Source: Planctomycetota bacterium
GTDB taxonomy: Bacteria > Planctomycetota > MHYJ01 > WSZJ01
Length of the DNA: 64,000 bases
NCBI GenBank assembly: GCA_038060895.1
Contig: JBBTCT010000009.1
Location: forward strand, 144,082 to 208,081
Reading direction: 5' to 3'
Shown here piece after piece: positions 58,521-64,000 of this stretch; within the stretch, counting starts at the first letter, position 1; the number at the start of each line of letters is the position of its first letter. Made by a program: the position numbers and the translations under genes. Below the pieces are notes generated by a model, which was not told the DNA's origin, searched no databases, and worked only from the letters and a program-made list of their open reading frames with translations.

Positions 58521-58549
58521 TTAATAGGTGCTGGGCGCGGGAAGTTCAA
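58521..58549 (-). promoter_or_regulatory. sigma70-type promoter for tRNA-Leu (and possibly rtcA)
   Basis: Minus strand TTGAAC, 17 bp, TATTAA, ending 12 nt upstream of the tRNA. Confidence 0.6.
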
Positions 58550-58659
58550 GCGAAAACCGGAGCAGCCTCGCCGCACCGCGCGCAGGGACGGCCGAATTGA
58601 CGCTTCATGGGCACGGGGATAGGATCGCCGGATCGGCATTTGCAAAGGAAACGCTTTCG

Positions 58660-58983
58660 ATGATCCAGACGATCAACAACGCCCAGCTGGAGCAGGGGAT
58701 CGGGAAGCCTGAAATTGCGATCGTGGACGTACGGCAGCCTGAGGAGTTCGCGGCGCGGCACATTCCGGGAGCGATCCTGGCGCCGCACACGGACATCGAG
58801 GTCTATCTCGCGGACCTGCCGCGGGACAAGGACCTGTACGTGCACTGCGAAGTTGGGGGGCGTTCGAAGTACGTCTGCGAGGCGCTGGAGGCGTCGGGGT
58901 TCACCCGGTTGTTCAACGTCGTGCCGGGCATGAGCGCGTGGCGAGGTGTCGTGGAGAAGGGATTGCCGAACGGTTGGAAGTAG
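58660..58983 (+). CDS. rhodanese-domain sulfurtransferase
   Basis: IVDVRQPEEF..RHIPGA, VHCEVGGRS, GMSAW. Confidence 0.9.
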   Translation: MIQTINNAQLEQGIGKPEIAIVDVRQPEEFAARHIPGAILAPHTDIEVYLADLPRDKDLYVHCEVGGRSKYVCEALEASGFTRLFNVVPGMSAWRGVVEKGLPNGWK

Positions 58984-58985
58984 GA

Positions 58986-60077
58986 ATGACCGGGATGATC
59001 ACGCTTGATTCGATTCGCGAGAAAGTGGCTGCGGGGGAGAGGCTCTCCTTCGAGGACGGGTCATTCCTGTATCGCGCGCCGCTCATCGACGTCGGCGAGC
59101 TGGCCAACACCGTGCGCGAGCGGATCAACGGCAACGTCGCCTACTGGGTGTCCAACCGGCACCTGAACTATTCAAACGTCTGCGTGCTGACCTGCCTGTT
59201 CTGCGCGTTTGCGCGGAAGCCCGGCGAGGAAGGCGCGTACGAGTATTCGCTCGACGAGGCGTTTGCCAAGGCCGAGGAGTTGCGCGGGACGAACGCGACG
59301 GAGATCCACATCGTCGGCGGCCTGCACCCGGACCTGCCCTGGGAGTACTACACGGACCTGCTCAAGGGCATCAAGGCCCGGCTTCCGCACCTTCACCTCA
59401 AGTGCTTCACCGCCGTGGAGATCGACTTCTTCGCGAAGAAATTCGGCAAATCCATCGAACAGGTCCTGCGCGAGCTCATGGACGCCGGGCTGGATTCGCT
59501 TCCCGGCGGCGGCGCGGAGATGTTCGCCGAGCGCGTGAGGAAGAAGATCTGCAAGTTCAAGATCACGGGGCAGGAGTGGAAGGACATTCACCGGGTCGCG
59601 CACGGGCTCGGGCTGAAGTCAACGGCGACCATGCTGTACGGGCACATCGAGACGCCCGAGGACTGCGTGGACCACATGGTTCAACTGCGCGAACTCCAGG
59701 ACGTGTCAAAAGGGTTCACAGCGTTCATCCCGCTGCTCTTCCATCCCGAAAACTCGATCCTCTCGCACATCCGCAAGCAGAGCGGCCTCTCCGACCTGCG
59801 GCACATCGCCGTCTCGCGGCTGATGCTCGATAATTTCCCGCACATCAAGGTCTACTGGATCATGACCGGAACGCGCGTGGCGCAGACGGCGCTTTCGTTC
59901 GGCGCCGACGACATGGACGGAACCGTGCGCGAGGAAAAGATCACGCACATGGCGGGAGCTACCAGCCCGCAACAGGTGGATCAGGCCGAACTGGAGGCTT
60001 TGATCCGCGAAGCGCGTCGCGTGCCCGTCCGGCGGGACACCATTTACAAGACGCTCGAAGTCGGCAGGGCCCGATAA
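58986..60077 (+). CDS. mqnE: aminofutalosine synthase MqnE (radical SAM, CofH/MqnC-like family)
   Basis: NRHLNYSNVCVLTCLFCAF, EIHIVGGLHP, HLKCFTAVEI, SLPGGGAE, DNFPHIKVYW, EKITHMAGA. Confidence 0.9.
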   Translation: MTGMITLDSIREKVAAGERLSFEDGSFLYRAPLIDVGELANTVRERINGNVAYWVSNRHLNYSNVCVLTCLFCAFARKPGEEGAYEYSLDEAFAKAEELRGTNATEIHIVGGLHPDLPWEYYTDLLKGIKARLPHLHLKCFTAVEIDFFAKKFGKSIEQVLRELMDAGLDSLPGGGAEMFAERVRKKICKFKITGQEWKDIHRVAHGLGLKSTATMLYGHIETPEDCVDHMVQLRELQDVSKGFTAFIPLLFHPENSILSHIRKQSGLSDLRHIAVSRLMLDNFPHIKVYWIMTGTRVAQTALSFGADDMDGTVREEKITHMAGATSPQQVDQAELEALIREARRVPVRRDTIYKTLEVGRAR

Positions 60078-60164
60078 GGGACGGGCTCACCGTCATGCGG
60101 CCCCCTCCGCGAAGCCGCGGCCCGTTCCAGCCAGCCCTCGCGGCATCACCGCTTCTCCTTTAGA

Positions 60165-60821
60165 ATGTCACTCATGTTCCTCGCAAAACTTGTCGTCGGA
60201 CCCTTCGCGGAGAACTCTTACGTCATCGGCGACGAAGCGGCGCGCGAAGGAGCTCTTGTCGATCCCGGCGGCGATGTCGAGGAACTGCTTGAGATCGCGA
60301 AAAATGCCAGACTCAAGGTCGGGAAGATCCTCATTACGCACGCGCACTGGGATCACGTGTTTGGCGTGGCGGAAGCGAAGCGCCTGACGGGCGCAGAAAC
60401 GATCCTGCCCAGGGGCGAGCGGAAAATGCTGGAGGCGCTTGACCGGCAGTCCGAAATGATGGGCCTGCCCGCGCCTGAAGAGCCGGAAATCGACCGGTGG
60501 GTCGACGAGGGGGACACCATCGAGATCGGGAGCCTGGAGTTCCGCGTGATGATCGTCCCCGGTCATTCGCCCGGGCACGGCGCTTTCATCAGTGGGCTCG
60601 ATGCGCTTTCCGGCGACACTCTCATGGCGGGAAGCGTGGGTCGCACGGACCTGCCCGGCGGCAATTTCGAGGTCTTTGCCGACAGCATCACGAACAAGAT
60701 CCTCAAGCTCCCTGACAAGACGCGCATCCATCCCGGCCACGGGCCCTCCACGACGGTGGGCAAAGAGCGCGACTCGAATCCCTTCGTCCTCGAAATGCTC
60801 TCGATGCGGAGCCGCCGGTGA
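60165..60821 (+). CDS. MBL-fold metallo-hydrolase (glyoxalase II-like)
   Basis: THAHWDH, PGHSPG, GDTL..GSVGRTDLPGG, HPGHG; start 60165 or 60174. Confidence 0.92.
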   Translation: MSLMFLAKLVVGPFAENSYVIGDEAAREGALVDPGGDVEELLEIAKNARLKVGKILITHAHWDHVFGVAEAKRLTGAETILPRGERKMLEALDRQSEMMGLPAPEEPEIDRWVDEGDTIEIGSLEFRVMIVPGHSPGHGAFISGLDALSGDTLMAGSVGRTDLPGGNFEVFADSITNKILKLPDKTRIHPGHGPSTTVGKERDSNPFVLEMLSMRSRR

Positions 60822-61171
60822 TTGCCACCATCGCGGCGGCCCTCTATTGCCTTGCGATGGCGCTGGCGTCGCGCCTCGTGCCCATGTGCCCGTGCTGCCC
60901 CGAGTCCGTCCGCATCTCCCGCATCGTGGCTGCCATCGCCTGGGTCGTTCTCGCAGGAGCGCTCTTCGCCCTTCCGAGGAAGCGCTTTCACGTGCTGTGC
61001 GGCATCGCGCTTCTTTCGGGCGTCCAGGTTGCAAACTTCTGGGAACAGATGCGTCACGACGAGATGAGTCTCTCGTCCTTCGCAACGCAGACGCTGGCCC
61101 TGGCCCTTCTCGGCGCGACCACTTTCGCAATCATTGCTCTTTTCTCGAAACCCAGGGCCGCGGCGCGATGA
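60818..61171 (+). CDS. small membrane protein with CxCC motif
   Basis: Four hydrophobic segments; MCPCCP; overlaps both neighbours by 4 nt. Confidence 0.6.
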   Translation: MIATIAAALYCLAMALASRLVPMCPCCPESVRISRIVAAIAWVVLAGALFALPRKRFHVLCGIALLSGVQVANFWEQMRHDEMSLSSFATQTLALALLGATTFAIIALFSKPRAAAR

Positions 61172-61911
61172 TCGTGCCCTGGTATTCCGCGTTCTTCTTC
61201 GCGCTCGGCGTGGGGCTGCTTGCGTTCTGCCTGCCGGTTCCGATCCGCGAAGTCGGTCGCGGCTTCTACAAGATGATGGCGGGCTGGGCGCTCTTTCTCG
61301 CGGCGTGCGCCACGATGACGCGGCCGCTCGATGCCTCGGCGGCCAGCGTGACGGGCTACGTGTTCCTCGGCGCAGCCGCATTCGTCAACGGTCTCCTCTG
61401 GGCCGGCGCCGAGCGAGCCGCGGCGTGGAGCGCCATCCCCGCCGTGCTCGCAGGCGCCGCCGGCCTCGCCGCCTCCGTGCGCTTTCCCTCCCGCGGCCTT
61501 CCCGCGGAACCCTGGATCGCCGGCGCTTCCCTCGCCGCCAGCGCGGCGATGCTGGGAAGCGTCCTCGACACGATGGTGCTGGGGCACTGGTACCTCGTCA
61601 AAAAGGGAATGTCGTTCGACCACCTGGGCCGCATGAACGCTCTCTTCGCGGGGTCGGTCGCGCTGCGCGCGGTGGTTCTGGGGGCGGAAGCGCTTCTGCT
61701 CACGCAGGTTTTCAGGTCCGCGACGCAGGACCAGCTGATGTTCTTTCTGCGACTCGCCGTCGGCGTGATCGGACCGGCGACGCTGGCATGGATGACGTGG
61801 CGGTGCATCCGAATCAAGGCGAACCAGAGCGCGACGGGGATCCTGTACGTGGCGTGCGTTTTCGTGCTGATCGGTGAGATGGTGGCGACGTGGAGCCTGC
61901 GGGCGCTATGA
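61168..61911 (+). CDS. polytopic membrane protein with GHWYL motif
   Basis: About 8 TM segments; MVLGHWYLV and NQSATGILYV motifs; ATG at 61168. Confidence 0.75.
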   Translation: MIVPWYSAFFFALGVGLLAFCLPVPIREVGRGFYKMMAGWALFLAACATMTRPLDASAASVTGYVFLGAAAFVNGLLWAGAERAAAWSAIPAVLAGAAGLAASVRFPSRGLPAEPWIAGASLAASAAMLGSVLDTMVLGHWYLVKKGMSFDHLGRMNALFAGSVALRAVVLGAEALLLTQVFRSATQDQLMFFLRLAVGVIGPATLAWMTWRCIRIKANQSATGILYVACVFVLIGEMVATWSLRAL

Positions 61912-62366
61912 AGATCCGAGTCTGGTGCGAGAGGGACAAGTGCCTCGGCTTCGACGTTGTGACGCCGGAGTCGCCCGTCGGCAAATGTCCTTCCTGCGGG
62001 GACGAGCTGAGAGTGACGCCGCCGGCGGCGCCGGACGACCGCATGGATGTTGCGAAGTGCTGGAGGTGCGGGTGCCCGAACCTGTACGTGGAGAAATCGT
62101 TTCCGCAGGCGCTGGGTTGCCTGGTGATTGCGACTTCGGCGGCGGTGGCGATTTACTACGCACAGCAGACGTATGGGATTTCATTCATGGGAATCGTGGT
62201 GCTCGATTTCATCCTGTACTTTTTCGTGCCCACGCGCGCCGTTTGCTACCAGTGCTCGGCGGAGTACCTGGGTGCGCCGAACAACAAGAGGCACAAGGGG
62301 TACGACCTGCTGATCGCGGGGAAGTATGCGGACACGGAGGATGTGGGTGGGCCAGCGGGGCATTGA
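61908..62366 (+). CDS. multi-zinc-ribbon membrane protein
   Basis: CERDKC, CPSC, CWRCGC, CYQC; LYVEKSFPQ.LG; two TM segments. Confidence 0.75.
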   Translation: MKIRVWCERDKCLGFDVVTPESPVGKCPSCGDELRVTPPAAPDDRMDVAKCWRCGCPNLYVEKSFPQALGCLVIATSAAVAIYYAQQTYGISFMGIVVLDFILYFFVPTRAVCYQCSAEYLGAPNNKRHKGYDLLIAGKYADTEDVGGPAGH

Positions 62367-62380
62367 GCGGGACTGCTATG

Positions 62381-62508
62381 CAATTCCCAACTCCAACTCC
62401 AACTCCAAAAGGTCCGACGTCGAGATCCTGGACGGGCCATATGGACGGATGCCGAGCGCAACCCAAGTTATCACCTGGAGTTGGGGTTGGAGTTGGAATC
62501 TGGAGTTG
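62381..62508. repeat. inverted pair of CCAACT / AGTTGG hexamer arrays
   Basis: (CCAACT)3 at 62387-62404 faces TGGAGTTGGGGTTGGAGTTGG at 62476-62496. Confidence 0.75.
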
Positions 62509-62597
62509 TCCTTCGCATTTCTCCGGAACTCCGCGTTCCCCCGTGCGTCCAACCCCCCAAGCCACGCTCCAACTGTATCCCACAGGAGACCTTGCTC

Positions 62598-64000
62598 ATG
62601 AGATTCCGCCTCATCGCTTCTGCCGCCGCCGCCGCCCTCGTCGTCCTCGCTTTCACGCTGGTTCGCGCCGGCGATCCATCAGCCGAGGATTCGTGGAAGA
62701 AGGGAAACAAGTTCTACGAGGAGAAGTCGTACAAGAAGGCGCTCGAAAGCTATCTCGAGGTGAAGCGTCTCGCGCCCGAGTTCGTCGAAAAGGACGACCT
62801 GAATCTCCACATCGCCGTCTGCCACCTCCGCCTGCGGCAGTGGGACCCGGCCGAGGCCGCGCTCAAGGTCGCAGCGAAAGGCGAGGATCACTTCAAACTG
62901 CGCTCGCTTGTGCTGCTCGGCCAGCTCTACCGCGACTGGCCGCACGAGGTGTACGTGAAGGGCGAAGAGCGGAAGCGCGGGGAATGGTTCGAGGGCGCGA
63001 CCTACGAGTGGACGCAGGGCGCGGATATGGTGAATGCACTTAAGTGTTTTGAGGAGGCGAAGAAAGTCGGCTACGAGCTGCGCGACCTGTACGCGGCCGG
63101 CCTGACGGCGAACCCGAAGGACCGGGAGTCGATCGACAAGAAGGACCGCCTGGTTCGGACGCTGACGTGCGACCTCAACGCGGAGCTCTGGCCCTTCGTG
63201 GAATCACAGATGGGGCACGCGGGTGCAGGAGTGCGCTGGAAGGACCCGGCAGCGGATGCGAAGCGGTACGACCCTTCCTGGTCCGGAAACGAAAAGGTTT
63301 CGTTCCTGCTCGACGAGATCGTAAAGCTCGATCCGGACGACGAAAAACACTCGAAGTCGGCCGTCGCGATGCGCGACAAGGCGATGTACATCCTGCGCCG
63401 GAACTGGCACTTCGAGGTGAAAGCCGACGACGATCTTCTCACTCAGGCGCTCGGGATTCTCCGCGGCGCGAAGAGCGAGTGGCCCTCTTCCGGAATCGCG
63501 GACCAGATCCAGTACATGATCGCGCGGACGCTGGAGGACCGGGCGCAGTGGGTGGAGGCGGTGGCGGAGTTCAAGAAGGTGCTGGACCACAAGGACTCGA
63601 AGTGGCTGTCGGACGCGCAGTACCACATCCAGGAGATCCAGCGTCCGAGGCTGGGGCTGTCCGGGGCGGCGAACTGGCTGCCCGGGCAGAAAGTGCAGCT
63701 GAACGTGAACTGGCGGAACGTGAAATCAGTCGCATTCACGCTGGATGAATTCGACCTGGAGAAGGCCTGGACGAAGTACGTCGAGCAGCGCGACGGCGAG
63801 TTCACGACAGGCGACTTCGCGAATTTCGCGGCGGCGCGCTCGCCGAAGAAGCTGGCGGGCGCCGAGGTAGCGAGCTGGACGCTGGACACGCAGGACGACG
63901 GCGGGCATGTGCAGAAGGGGCAGGCGATCGACGTCCCGGCGAAAAAGACCGGGTCCTACCTGCTTTCGGCGGAGGCGAACGGCGTGGTGTCGCGTGTCGT
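62598..64000 (+). CDS. large secreted TPR-containing protein, probable alpha-2-macroglobulin-like N-terminus (runs off the window)
   Basis: Absent from the ORF track because there is no stop in the window. SD AGGAG, ATG 62598: MRFRLIASAAAAALVVLAFTLV...KKGNKFYEEKSYKKAL...IQEIQRPRL...VNWRNVKSVAF...KTGSYLLSAE; read by eye as open to the window end. Confidence 0.7.
   Translation, partial: MRFRLIASAAAAALVVLAFTLVRAGDPSAEDSWKKGNKFYEEKSYKKALESYLEVKRLAPEFVEKDDLNLHIAVCHLRLRQWDPAEAALKVAAKGEDHFKLRSLVLLGQLYRDWPHEVYVKGEERKRGEWFEGATYEWTQGADMVNALKCFEEAKKVGYELRDLYAAGLTANPKDRESIDKKDRLVRTLTCDLNAELWPFVESQMGHAGAGVRWKDPAADAKRYDPSWSGNEKVSFLLDEIVKLDPDDEKHSKSAVAMRDKAMYILRRNWHFEVKADDDLLTQALGILRGAKSEWPSSGIADQIQYMIARTLEDRAQWVEAVAEFKKVLDHKDSKWLSDAQYHIQEIQRPRLGLSGAANWLPGQKVQLNVNWRNVKSVAFTLDEFDLEKAWTKYVEQRDGEFTTGDFANFAAARSPKKLAGAEVASWTLDTQDDGGHVQKGQAIDVPAKKTGSYLLSAEANGVVSRV

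Noticed and set aside
58660-58983. Rhodanese (and the CBS/gamma-lyase pair) as a selenium-delivery system for the two selenoproteins
   Set aside because: They are 19 kb or more from the Sec genes, have ordinary active sites, and no sel genes are in the window; no supporting evidence.

Overview
GC-rich bacterial chromosomal window, probably from a Planctomycetota-like organism (inferred from gene content and domain architectures, not proven). It carries about 60 CDSs and one tRNA-Leu(CAG). I saw no rRNA, CRISPR array, integrase or transposase. Housekeeping genes: cystathionine beta-synthase and gamma-lyase, moaC, aas, rpmH, ygiQ, phosphomannomutase, hslU, yidD, rnpA, uvrA, tldD/tldE, rtcA, mqnE. 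Strongest hidden signal: two secreted thioredoxin-fold genes are each split in the ORF track by one in-frame TGA at the catalytic Cys position, and each TGA is followed by a bacterial-SECIS-like hairpin. They are a deiodinase-like protein (FGSYT-U-SPF, 25597-26223) and a DUF1223 protein (ELFSSQG-U-ESC, 38448-39218, lying between rnpA and yidD); both are probable selenoproteins. Other notable items: (1) an ECF sigma / tandem zinc anti-sigma / multi-PDZ operon pairing a catalytically dead HtrA with an intact HtrA; (2) an L34 doubled in length and detached from rnpA-yidD; (3) an 11-gene MoxR/DUF58/SpoIIM/RDD operon with three B-box-like membrane proteins and a probable CTG start; (4) a MshEN-type c-di-GMP motif in a DUF4388-TPR-PEGA-PQQ protein; (5) a palindromic operator on the moaC-aas promoter; (6) several families of intergenic palindromic or heptamer repeats. 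All family assignments come from motif recognition by eye; no searches were run.
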